Assembly (NCBI GenBank): GCA_030040825.1
Contig: JASHSY010000092.1
Span: 1-30,172 of the forward strand
Reading direction: 5' to 3'
DNA from: Xanthobacteraceae bacterium
Lineage (GTDB): Bacteria > Pseudomonadota > Alphaproteobacteria > Rhizobiales > Xanthobacteraceae
Length of the DNA stretch: 30,172 nt
A program made the translations under genes and the position numbers. Of this stretch, positions 18,030-25,828 are shown piece after piece (the first letter of the stretch is position 1; every line of letters starts with the position of its first letter). The notes under the pieces were generated by a model. The model was not told the origin of the DNA. It did no database searches and saw only the letters and a program-made list of their open reading frames with translations.

Positions 18030-18710
18030 TCAGTAGGCGGCCGAACTCTGGGCGGCGCCCGCGATGCGCGGAGTGAACGGTCCATCGCCGTGTGGTGGCA
18101 ACACCACGACGGGTGTTCCGACCTTGACGTGGTTGTAAAGGTCGATCGCATCCTCGTTGGTCATGCGAATGCAGCCGGAAGAAACGGCGCTACCGATATA
18201 TTCCGGCTGATTGGTGCCATGGATGCGATAGAGCGTGTCCTTGTTCCCGGAGTAGAGATACATGCCGCGTGCCCCCATTGGATTATGCGGGCCGCCGGTC
18301 ACGTAAGCGGGCAATGGTCCGAGCCGTGCTTGCTCGCCTGGGGTCGGTATCCATGGCGGCCATTCTTCCATGCGACCCACCTTGGCGAGGCCGCTCCAGG
18401 CTTGCGCTTCTTCGCCGACAGCAATGCCGTAACGGATGGCCTTGCCCCCCGGTAGCACGTAATAGAGGAATTTGTTGTCGCTATCGACAAGGATGGTGCC
18501 GGGCGCTTCTTTGCGGTGATATTCGACGATGTGTCGCTGATAAGCTTCGGGGACAGCAGCTTGATTGTACGGCAGATTGGACATCAAATCCTTGTCCTTC
18601 TGCTTCCAGCCAGCCTCACCCGCGGGATCGAGTGTCCCGCTTGCCATGTCCTGAACGCAGCCACCGAGTGCAAGAGCGGCGACGATGAAAACAAGCGCAC
18701 GCATTGCCAT
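18030..18710 (-). CDS. L,D-transpeptidase (YkuD/ErfK family) lipoprotein
   Basis: Catalytic motif YRIHGTNQPEYIGSAVSSGCIRM; lipobox LGGC. Start is 18710 or 18704. Confidence 0.95.
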   Translation of the reverse strand: MAMRALVFIVAALALGGCVQDMASGTLDPAGEAGWKQKDKDLMSNLPYNQAAVPEAYQRHIVEYHRKEAPGTILVDSDNKFLYYVLPGGKAIRYGIAVGEEAQAWSGLAKVGRMEEWPPWIPTPGEQARLGPLPAYVTGGPHNPMGARGMYLYSGNKDTLYRIHGTNQPEYIGSAVSSGCIRMTNEDAIDLYNHVKVGTPVVVLPPHGDGPFTPRIAGAAQSSAAY

Positions 18711-18902
18711 TGAGCTACCCACTATTCCGCCGTCCCAGCCTTGAGTCTGCCCAGCGAGTTCTGTACCGAAATCATCATAATCATTCCAGCATTCCGCAGG
18801 TTCGGCATCAATGTGAGCGGCAAGTGTTGCAGGAATGTCTCACCTTTCGCCCAGCTTCGGTTCCTGTCTGCCGCGACGGCCGCCAATAATGGTTTGCACA
18901 CG

Positions 18903-18918
18903 TTAACCAAGGGTTTAC
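18903..18918. promoter_or_regulatory. Candidate CtrA-binding site
   Basis: TTAA-CCAAGGG-TTTAC, an 8/9 match to TTAA-N7-TTAAC, in the divergent intergenic region. Confidence 0.45.
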
Positions 18919-19053
18919 CAGCCATTGTGTCATCTGCCGCCGTCGCGGATGTGGCGGTCGATGCCACGACACGGCGCGATTTGCCGCCCATTTCCGCCCT
19001 AGTCGCGATGTACCGAGGGCTCATCGCTCACGAAAAGGGAACGGGTTCTGACC

Positions 19054-19257
19054 ATGTCGAACGTGACGGCCAAGGCCGCAAACAGCAATCAGCAAAAGTG
19101 CGAGGCTTCTTTAGAGAATGTCGCCCTGCATTTGCGCTACCGGCAAATCGGAATCTCCGCGGTTGCGGCCGCCGTGCGTTACCAGGGCAGCGGCAAGAAT
19201 CCGGCTTATGCGCCGGTAACGGTCGAATTCGACCAATACAGCGCGGCCGCCTCCTAA
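19054..19257 (+). CDS. Small hypothetical protein (67 aa)
   Basis: ATG-started ORF filling an intergenic gap and followed by a strong terminator. The core LRYRQIGISAVAAAVRY..KNPAYAP resembles small Bradyrhizobiaceae hypotheticals (from memory). Confidence 0.6.
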   Translation: MSNVTAKAANSNQQKCEASLENVALHLRYRQIGISAVAAAVRYQGSGKNPAYAPVTVEFDQYSAAAS

Positions 19258-19288
19258 ATCGGCGTTGCTTTGATCTGCGAGTTCGAGC

Positions 19289-19314
19289 AAGGGGGACACG
19301 ATGTCCCCCTTTTT
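19289..19314 (+). terminator. Intrinsic terminator
   Basis: AAGGGGGACA-CGA-TGTCCCCC-TTTTT. Confidence 0.85.
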
Positions 19315-19358
19315 CATTTGGCGGTTTCTGAAGAACCGCGAGAAAGCCGCTGCCGTCC

Positions 19359-20009
19359 ATGAGCGAGGCGACCGATTTCTCCGCCACCGAGATTGAGGCC
19401 GGTCGTCGGCTGTTTGCCGGCGAATGGAGCTTTCTTTCCGCGGCCGGCTCGCTTGCCTCGCTGCCGCAGCCGCAGACGCTTGAGGTTGCATTCGCCGGCC
19501 GGTCCAATGTCGGCAAATCGAGCTTGATCAATGCGCTCACCGGTCGGCACGCGCTGGCGCGGACATCGAACACGCCGGGCCGTACCCAGGAGCTGATTTT
19601 TTTCGGCGGCCCGCGACAGGTGATATTGGTCGATTTGCCCGGATACGGCTATGCAGCGGCGGCCAAGAGCAAGGTCGCAGCCTGGACCAAGCTCATCCGC
19701 GCATACCTGAACGGGCGCGCAACATTAGGCCGGGTTTATCTGCTGGTCGACGCGCGTCACGGTCTTAAGGCGGCCGACGAAACTATTTTCGATATGCTTG
19801 GTCAGGCGGCGGTCAGCTACGAAATTGTGCTGACGAAATGCGACCAGGTCAGCAGCGATGAACTCGCCCGGCGCCGACTGACCGTACAGGCGGAAGTTCG
19901 CAACCGCGCGGCGGCTTTCCCGGATATTCTAACTACGTCGGCGCGCACCGGCGACGGCATCGCCACGTTACGCGCGGCCATCGCGCGGCTGGTTGGAGAG
20001 CGCAGTTAA
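19359..20009 (+). CDS. engB: Ribosome biogenesis GTP-binding protein YihA/YsxC (EngB)
   Basis: G1 GRSNVGKSSLIN, G2 SNTPGRTQ, G3 DLPGYGYA, G4 TKCD. Confidence 0.97.
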   Translation: MSEATDFSATEIEAGRRLFAGEWSFLSAAGSLASLPQPQTLEVAFAGRSNVGKSSLINALTGRHALARTSNTPGRTQELIFFGGPRQVILVDLPGYGYAAAAKSKVAAWTKLIRAYLNGRATLGRVYLLVDARHGLKAADETIFDMLGQAAVSYEIVLTKCDQVSSDELARRRLTVQAEVRNRAAAFPDILTTSARTGDGIATLRAAIARLVGERS

Positions 20010-20010
20010 G

Positions 20011-20053
20011 GCGGGCGCCCGGCATGGATCGCCCTCCATGCCAAGGCGCCCGC
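20011..20053. terminator. Long GC-rich hairpin between convergent genes
   Basis: GCGGGCGCC (20011-20019)/GGCGCCCGC (20045-20053) and GGCATGGA (20021-20028)/TCCATGCC (20035-20042) give 17 bp of stem. The U-tract is weak. Confidence 0.55.
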
Positions 20054-20084
20054 TTCACGCAGCCGGTGGCGGCCGATTTCGACG

Positions 20085-20783
20085 TCAGCCGATCCGTTGC
20101 GCAATGGTTCCGCGCTCCCGCGGCGATGATCGCATAAAGCCGATCATCGTTCCGCTGAGTGTGCTGCCTGTCATGACGATAGCGGCACCGGCGACCAGCA
20201 GAGCCACCAGCGTCAGGACCAGGCTATAGGTGCCCGAAACCGCGAGGATGCCGAGCACGATCACGGCCAGGCCGGCCATGCTTTGGACGCCGGATGAACC
20301 GGCGGCCATATCGGTGGCAACCGCACTCAACAGGGAGCCGCGGCTCTGGAACCGGGTGGCGACCGAGCGTGAGGTCAGCAAGTGCCAAACCGCGGAAGCG
20401 CTGACGACCAGCGCGCCGCCGAATGCAATGACGGCCACCGAGGTCAAGATCGTCGCGTGCACGCCAAGCAGCGCCAAAACGCCGAGCACGATACCGGCGG
20501 CGCCGATCAGGAACAGCGCCGAGACACCGGCGCCGCTAGAGGCCGCGGGTGTTTCGGCTGCCGCCTCGATTTGCGCGAACTCGCTCAGCATTGCACCGCC
20601 TTGGATGAGCAGCGCAGCGCCGAACACGATGGTGGCAATCGACAGCAGGATGTCGGCTTTGACGCCGGACAGTGCGATGATCGCCAGAATGATGGTTGCA
20701 ATTCCGCCGAGGGCATCGACAAAGCCGCCATACGCAGCGGATTCGCCGGCCGCACTGGTTTCACTTGAGTAGGCTGTGGACAT
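20085..20783 (-). CDS. Hypothetical Gly/Ala-rich membrane protein, about 6 TM in three internal repeats
   Basis: Strong AAGGAG RBS with an A-rich leader; three hydrophobic hairpin repeats; no family recognised. Confidence 0.85.
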   Translation of the reverse strand: MSTAYSSETSAAGESAAYGGFVDALGGIATIILAIIALSGVKADILLSIATIVFGAALLIQGGAMLSEFAQIEAAAETPAASSGAGVSALFLIGAAGIVLGVLALLGVHATILTSVAVIAFGGALVVSASAVWHLLTSRSVATRFQSRGSLLSAVATDMAAGSSGVQSMAGLAVIVLGILAVSGTYSLVLTLVALLVAGAAIVMTGSTLSGTMIGFMRSSPRERGTIAQRIG

Positions 20784-20919
20784 TGGTATCTCCTTTTTTG
20801 TTTTGTTATTTTGTCGCCCACGCGTCCGCCGCGGCGCCGCGCATACCGCGCGTCCGACCGGTTCCCGGATCGGAACCCTCCCATCATACTTTTAGGCGCA
20901 CGGCGGATGTCGCTGAACC

Positions 20920-20944
20920 AACACAGTGCGCTTGGCGGCGTTCC
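20920..20944 (-). promoter_or_regulatory. Candidate EcfG (general stress response sigma) promoter
   Basis: Minus strand GGAAC-N17-GTT, about 136 nt upstream of the membrane protein start. Confidence 0.45.
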
Positions 20945-21099
20945 ACGGGATGGGTGCGACCTATTTGATATTATTTGCGCTTTTGGCCCCACCGGTTCCC
21001 GCGGCAAAGACAATGCCGGGCACCCCACGGAAGTCCTTTCGCCGCGAGGCGCAGCCCGCTAAAAGGCAACGGCCTTCGTCGCGGTAAGCGGGGATTTTT

Positions 21100-21984
21100 A
21101 TGAGCATTTCGGCGCACGAGATCGCCCGCGTCCTTTCCGAGGCGCTGCCCTATATGCAGCGCTACGATGAGGAAATCATCGTCATCAAATACGGCGGCCA
21201 CGCCATGGGCGATGAGCATTTGGCGCGTGAATTCGCCCGCGACGTCGTCTTGCTCGAGCAGACCGCCATCAATCCGGTCGTGGTGCATGGCGGCGGTCCG
21301 CAGATCGAAGCCATGCTCAAGAAAGTCGGCGTGCAGTCGCAATACGCGGCCGGCCTGCGCATCACAGACGAGAAGACGCTGGAAATCGTCGAGATGGTGC
21401 TCGCTGGCTCGATCAACAAACAGATGGTCGGTTACACCAACGCGGCTGGGGGCAAAGCGGTCGGTCTGTCCGGCAAGGACGGCAATATGGTCGTCGCCCG
21501 CAAGCTTACGCGCGCCGTAACCGATCCGGATTCACACATCGAGCGGGTGGTTGACCTTGGTTTTGTCGGCGAGCCGGACAAAGTCGACGTGACTGTGCTC
21601 AATCAGATTCTCGGACGTGAGATTATTCCGGTGCTGGCGCCGGTAGCCGCGGCGGGCAATGGTGGCACCTTTAACGTCAACGCCGACACTTTTGCCGGCG
21701 CCATCGCTGGGTCGCTCAAGGCCAAACGCTTGCTGCTCCTAACCGATGTTCCCGGCGTACTCGACAAGTCTAAACAGCTGATCAAGCAACTTTCGGCCGA
21801 CGATGCGCGCCGTCTGATTGCCGACGGCACGATTTCCGGCGGCATGATTCCCAAGGTCGAAACCTGCATCGACGCGCTGGAGCGCGGCGTGGAAGGTGTG
21901 GTTATCCTTGACGGCAAGGTGCCGCACGCGGTGTTGCTGGAGTTGTTCACCGAGCTTGGCGCCGGTACGCTTATTCACAACTGA
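21100..21984 (+). CDS. argB: Acetylglutamate kinase
   Basis: Motifs [24 protein letters not shown] and GGMIPKV. Confidence 0.98.
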   Translation: MSISAHEIARVLSEALPYMQRYDEEIIVIKYGGHAMGDEHLAREFARDVVLLEQTAINPVVVHGGGPQIEAMLKKVGVQSQYAAGLRITDEKTLEIVEMVLAGSINKQMVGYTNAAGGKAVGLSGKDGNMVVARKLTRAVTDPDSHIERVVDLGFVGEPDKVDVTVLNQILGREIIPVLAPVAAAGNGGTFNVNADTFAGAIAGSLKAKRLLLLTDVPGVLDKSKQLIKQLSADDARRLIADGTISGGMIPKVETCIDALERGVEGVVILDGKVPHAVLLELFTELGAGTLIHN

Positions 21985-22001
21985 TCCGTTCATTCGCCAT
22001 T

Positions 22002-22019
22002 AACCGCGCGCGCGGTTTT
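22002..22019 (+). terminator. Perfect 16-bp palindrome after argB; possible weak terminator or operator
   Basis: AACCGCGCGCGCGGTT followed by TT. Confidence 0.35.
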
Positions 22020-22084
22020 GGCACAACGCGACCTTTACCAATAGCCGCGTAACATTCGCGCTTTCCCACGCGGCGGAGGCGCGC

Positions 22085-23107
22085 TTGGATTTTTCGCCGG
22101 GCATTGCGTATTTCTTGGGCCGGCTGAACCAGGCGTTCTTAGCGCCGGGATCGCACATCTCGCTGTTCTCGCTGGCAAGTGCACTGGCGATCGCGCTCTT
22201 GGTGCTTGCGTTTCGGCGCTACAAGCGAGGCCGCCGTATCCGGTTTCGCGCATTGCTCCGCGCGTTGTTTCCACGACGTATCGTTGCCAGCCCTTCGAGT
22301 CGCGCAGACCTAGGCTATTTTTATTTCAACCTATTCATATTCGGCATCGTCTTCGGATGGGCGCTGCTTTCGTACGAAACGCTGAGCCACAGCGTGGCCG
22401 GCAAGTTGGCCGCGACGTTCGGCCCAATGTCTCCCGCGCCGCTGCCGGCATTTGCCGCCCGCGCCATTATCACGGTAATGGCATTCCTCGCTTACGAGCT
22501 CGGCTATTGGCTCAATCATTATTTATCGCACCGGATCCCATTTCTGTGGGAGTTCCATAAGGTTCACCACTCGGCGACGGTGCTGACGCCGCTGACGAAC
22601 TTTCGCGTCCATCCGGTCTACATGTGTATTTTTCTCAATATCCTTGCGGTTTCGATCGGGCTTGCGACCGGCGTCGGCAGTTACCTGCTTGGCCAGCCGG
22701 CTTTGCAATACGGGCTATCGGATACCAACCTCATTCTTGTCGTCTTCATCTACATCTATGTTCATTTGCAGCACTCGGAATTGTGGATCTCATTCGGCGG
22801 CGCGCTCGGCCGTTTGTTCATGAGCCCGGCCCATCATCAGATTCATCACTCGCGCAACCCGGCGCACTTCAACAAAAACATGGGAAGTTGCTTGGCGCTG
22901 TGGGATTGGATGTTCGGCACGCTCTACATCCCCGCGCAGGAGCCGGAAAAGCTCGAATTTGGCGTTGAGCCGGACCGCGAGCAGGCGCACACCATCAGAG
23001 GCGAGCTGATCGCTCCCTTCATTCGCGGCGCAGCGGTGTTGAAAGAATCCTTCGAGCGGCGCGCGCGACCGGTTCCACTTCCCGCCCCGAAACAAGAACG
23101 AGCGTAA
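22085..23107 (+). CDS. Sterol desaturase / fatty acid hydroxylase superfamily protein
   Basis: Di-iron His boxes HYLSH, FHKVHH, VHLQH and HHQIHH; TM segments; TTG start after GGAGG. Confidence 0.92.
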   Translation: MDFSPGIAYFLGRLNQAFLAPGSHISLFSLASALAIALLVLAFRRYKRGRRIRFRALLRALFPRRIVASPSSRADLGYFYFNLFIFGIVFGWALLSYETLSHSVAGKLAATFGPMSPAPLPAFAARAIITVMAFLAYELGYWLNHYLSHRIPFLWEFHKVHHSATVLTPLTNFRVHPVYMCIFLNILAVSIGLATGVGSYLLGQPALQYGLSDTNLILVVFIYIYVHLQHSELWISFGGALGRLFMSPAHHQIHHSRNPAHFNKNMGSCLALWDWMFGTLYIPAQEPEKLEFGVEPDREQAHTIRGELIAPFIRGAAVLKESFERRARPVPLPAPKQERA

Positions 23108-23182
23108 AACCGGACCCGGTTGCGCGAGGCCCGCGAGCCGCGTAATCCTCCGGCGCGACGCTATAATTGTGCCGGGCTTACG

Positions 23183-24040
23183 TTGAAGTTCAACTTCGTC
23201 TTTTTCTCCGTGCCAGGCCTCGCAGCTGCGATTGCGCTCGGCATTTCCGACGTGCTCGCCAAAATCATCATCGGCGCACATTGCGACGTGCTCACCATGC
23301 TGTCGTTCCGAAGCGTGGTCGGTTTCGCCTTTATGACGTTGTGGCTGCGACTTGGGCCGGCGCCGCCGACGGATGCGCGCATCCGCTGGGTATCGCTCGG
23401 CACCGGCGTGATGTTCGCCGGCCTGACCTTCTGCCTGTTCAAGGCGATCGAGGCGAATGACGTAGCGACGGCGGTTCTAACTTACTTCGCCTATCCGCTG
23501 CTGACCGGGCTTGCTGCTTCGGCGGCAGGTCTTGAGCGCCTGAGCTGGCGCGGCGCCACCTGCGCGCTGGTCGCCTTCTTCGGCCTTGCGGTCATGATCG
23601 GCGCCCATCCGGCCGGGTTGGCGCTCGCCGGCATCGCCTACGCACTTGGCGCGGCGTGCTGCCGCACCGGCGTCCTGATCGTCAGCCGCGCATTCCTCGT
23701 CAGCGCCGACGCGCGGCTGACCACGTGGTATTCGGTGATTGCGCAGCTTGCGATCTTTGTTGCGGTTTCGGCCGCAACACGAACATGGCACCCGCCGCAA
23801 ACCGATGGCGGTTGGGCGGCGCTGGTGGCGATGAGTCTCGCTACCACCGCCGCCATCCTCTTCGTATTCGTGTCGACCATCCGCATCGGGCCGTTTCGCA
23901 CCGCGCTGATCATGAATCTTGAGCCGCTGACGGCGATGGTGCTCAGCGCGCTTACGCTCGGCGAGTTGATCACTCCGCTGCAAGCAGCCGGCAGCGGCAT
24001 CATGTTGGCGGCATTGGTGGCGTTTCAAATCTGGAAATGA
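23183..24040 (+). CDS. DMT/EamA family transporter
   Basis: About 10 hydrophobic segments in two EamA halves (FAYPLLT, RIGPFRTALIMNLEP). The start is uncertain: TTG at 23183 was chosen, while the ORF track opens at 23120. Confidence 0.85.
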   Translation: MKFNFVFFSVPGLAAAIALGISDVLAKIIIGAHCDVLTMLSFRSVVGFAFMTLWLRLGPAPPTDARIRWVSLGTGVMFAGLTFCLFKAIEANDVATAVLTYFAYPLLTGLAASAAGLERLSWRGATCALVAFFGLAVMIGAHPAGLALAGIAYALGAACCRTGVLIVSRAFLVSADARLTTWYSVIAQLAIFVAVSAATRTWHPPQTDGGWAALVAMSLATTAAILFVFVSTIRIGPFRTALIMNLEPLTAMVLSALTLGELITPLQAAGSGIMLAALVAFQIWK

Positions 24041-24182
24041 ACGCCTCTGGCCTCACCCCCTGCATGCCGCGACTGCATGTCATGCGCATTTCATCGCCCA
24101 CGTCACAAACTCGGCCAACTTGACGCTGATGCTCCGGTTCTCCGTAACATTCCCTGTCCGCGGCAATTCGGTGAGGACGACC

Positions 24183-24416
24183 ATGCGCGGGTTCCATGCT
24201 GCTTCGTTCGATCCGCCGACGCTGGTCATCCTGGAGGCCGCCTTCGACGAGGCATGGCTGACTCTCAAGGCGGAGGGCAACCGGACGGTGCGTCCGGACG
24301 AGCTGGCGCGCTCGCTGCTGCGCTTGGCGATGGAAGGTGAGCGCGATCCGGTGCGTTTGCATGACGGCGCCTTGAAAGGCCTTGTTCCGGCAGCGGGTTG
24401 GCGCGACGCAGGTTAA
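24183..24416 (+). CDS. Small hypothetical protein (77 aa)
   Basis: ATG after GAGGA. FDPPTLVILEAAFDEAW...LARSLLRLAMEGERDP..L resembles a common small Hyphomicrobiales family (from memory). Confidence 0.7.
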   Translation: MRGFHAASFDPPTLVILEAAFDEAWLTLKAEGNRTVRPDELARSLLRLAMEGERDPVRLHDGALKGLVPAAGWRDAG

Positions 24417-24447
24417 ACATTGCGGCCCTGCACGCGCCTCGCGCCTG

Positions 24448-24555
24448 TCAGGAATGCGAAATCAGCAGGGCGATAGCGGCAAGCACAGCCGCGGCAAGCG
24501 TGCCGATGAGCGCCGCCTGCATCAAAGCAATCGTCTTGCGGAGCTTCCTTCGCAT
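24448..24555 (-). CDS. Putative 35-aa single-pass membrane protein (below the ORF-track cut-off)
   Basis: Hand translation gives MRRKLRKTIALMQAALIGTLAAAVLAAIALLISHS*. GGGAG lies 5 nt upstream of the ATG. Confidence 0.5.
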   Translation of the reverse strand: MRRKLRKTIALMQAALIGTLAAAVLAAIALLISHS

Positions 24556-24735
24556 CATTGCTCCCGGCTTAACAGGGGCGCGGATTTGACTTCGCCATCG
24601 ATCGAGCGGCGAATTCGCGAAGCGAATGTCAAATCCAAAGCTCCACTAAGGCCTATATTTCTCTAGTTGCTAAAACTGATTCGGCGAGCGGCAATGCCTC
24701 CTCGCCGGCAAGTGTGGCAACAACGAGTCGCCCGA

Positions 24736-25470
24736 ATGCCTGCTCATTCTGCTCGCGGTTTTGATGCGGTCGAGGCTTGGGTCTTCGATCTCGACAACAC
24801 GCTTTATCCGCATCATCTCAACCTGTGGGAGCAGGTTGACGTTCGCATCCGCGACTACATCGCGGGCTTCCTCGACGTGACCCCTGACGAGGCCTTCCGA
24901 TTGCAAAAGGATTATTACCGGCGCTACGGCACCAGTTTGCGCGGATTGATGGAAGAGCACGGTCTCGATCCCGATGAATTCTTGGAAATCGTGCATCAGA
25001 TCGATTATTCCCCGCTCACGCCCGATCCGGCGCTTGGCGCGGCGATTGCCGGGCTGCCTGGCCGCAAGCTCGTTCTCACCAACGGCACGCGCCGCCACGC
25101 CGAAACGGTGATGCGCAGGCTTGAGATCGAAGAGCGCTTCGAGGATGTTTTCGACATTGCCGCTGCCGAACTTGAGCCAAAGCCGCGGCCGCAGGCGTAT
25201 AACCGTTTCCTCGCCCGCCATAACGTCGATCCGGCGAAGGCCGCTATTTTTGAGGATCTGGCGCGCAATCTCGAAGTGCCGCACGCGCTGGGCATGACCA
25301 CGGTGCTGGTCGTGCCCGCCGGCACCCGCGAAGTGTTTCGGGAAGAATGGGAGCTTGCCGGGCGCGACGATCCGCACGTCGATCACGTCACCGATAACCT
25401 GGCCGATTTTCTGCGCACCATTGCCGCCGCCAGGAGCGACCCGGCGATCCGGCCAGTCGGCGCTGACTAA
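24736..25470 (+). CDS. Pyrimidine 5'-nucleotidase (HAD superfamily)
   Basis: Motifs WVFDLDNTLY, VLTNG, PKP and FEDLARNL; usual position upstream of dapD. An alternative start is 24694. Confidence 0.92.
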   Translation: MPAHSARGFDAVEAWVFDLDNTLYPHHLNLWEQVDVRIRDYIAGFLDVTPDEAFRLQKDYYRRYGTSLRGLMEEHGLDPDEFLEIVHQIDYSPLTPDPALGAAIAGLPGRKLVLTNGTRRHAETVMRRLEIEERFEDVFDIAAAELEPKPRPQAYNRFLARHNVDPAKAAIFEDLARNLEVPHALGMTTVLVVPAGTREVFREEWELAGRDDPHVDHVTDNLADFLRTIAAARSDPAIRPVGAD

Positions 25471-25789
25471 AAATAGCCGGCGAGGTTGCCGATATGCAAG
25501 GCGACCGGAATCAACACCGCAATCGTCAGACCGCTGCCGCGCCGATAAATCACCCACGTCGCGTGTCGCGGGTTTTCGCCGCGTAATGCGCTCAGTGCGC
25601 CGTAGATAATCGCATACACCAATATCCAGAACGCCAGTTGATAATCGGCAAGCCAATAAAATACCCCGCCGCCGAACCCGATACCCATGGTAATCATGCT
25701 ATTGCCCTGATCGCCGTTGCAAACAATGTGGCTCGGGCAAGAAGGTTCCGACTTTTGGCGGAAGGTAGGCTGGCGCTTGACATCGCCAT
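25467..25789 (-). pseudogene. Small membrane protein gene, either frameshifted or present as two coupled ORFs (31 aa at 25694-25789 and 76 aa at 25467-25697)
   Basis: GGAG precedes the ATG at 25789. The first ORF stops in an ATGA overlap with the second, and the hydrophobic stretch runs across the junction. Confidence 0.4.
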
Positions 25790-25828
25790 GGCGCGCTCCG
25801 ACAAACCGCGGCAGCAAGGGGACCTCCT

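Noticed and set aside
18741-19331. 196-aa plus-strand ORF and overlapping minus-strand ORFs in the L,D-transpeptidase spacer
   Set aside because: No RBS or motifs; it runs through the terminator; the 67-aa ORF explains the region better.
20784-21099. 316-bp spacer examined for riboswitches
   Set aside because: I could not match TPP, cobalamin, SAM-alpha, glycine or c-di-GMP consensus elements by eye. An Infernal/Rfam scan would be decisive.
22019-22034. TGGCAC suggesting a sigma54 promoter for the desaturase
   Set aside because: The -12 GC is missing at the required spacing (GG-N10-CC).
23162-23194. TATAAT and the palindrome GTTGAA-G-TTCAAC near the EamA start
   Set aside because: No -35 element at the proper spacing, and the palindrome overlaps probable coding sequence; could be chance.
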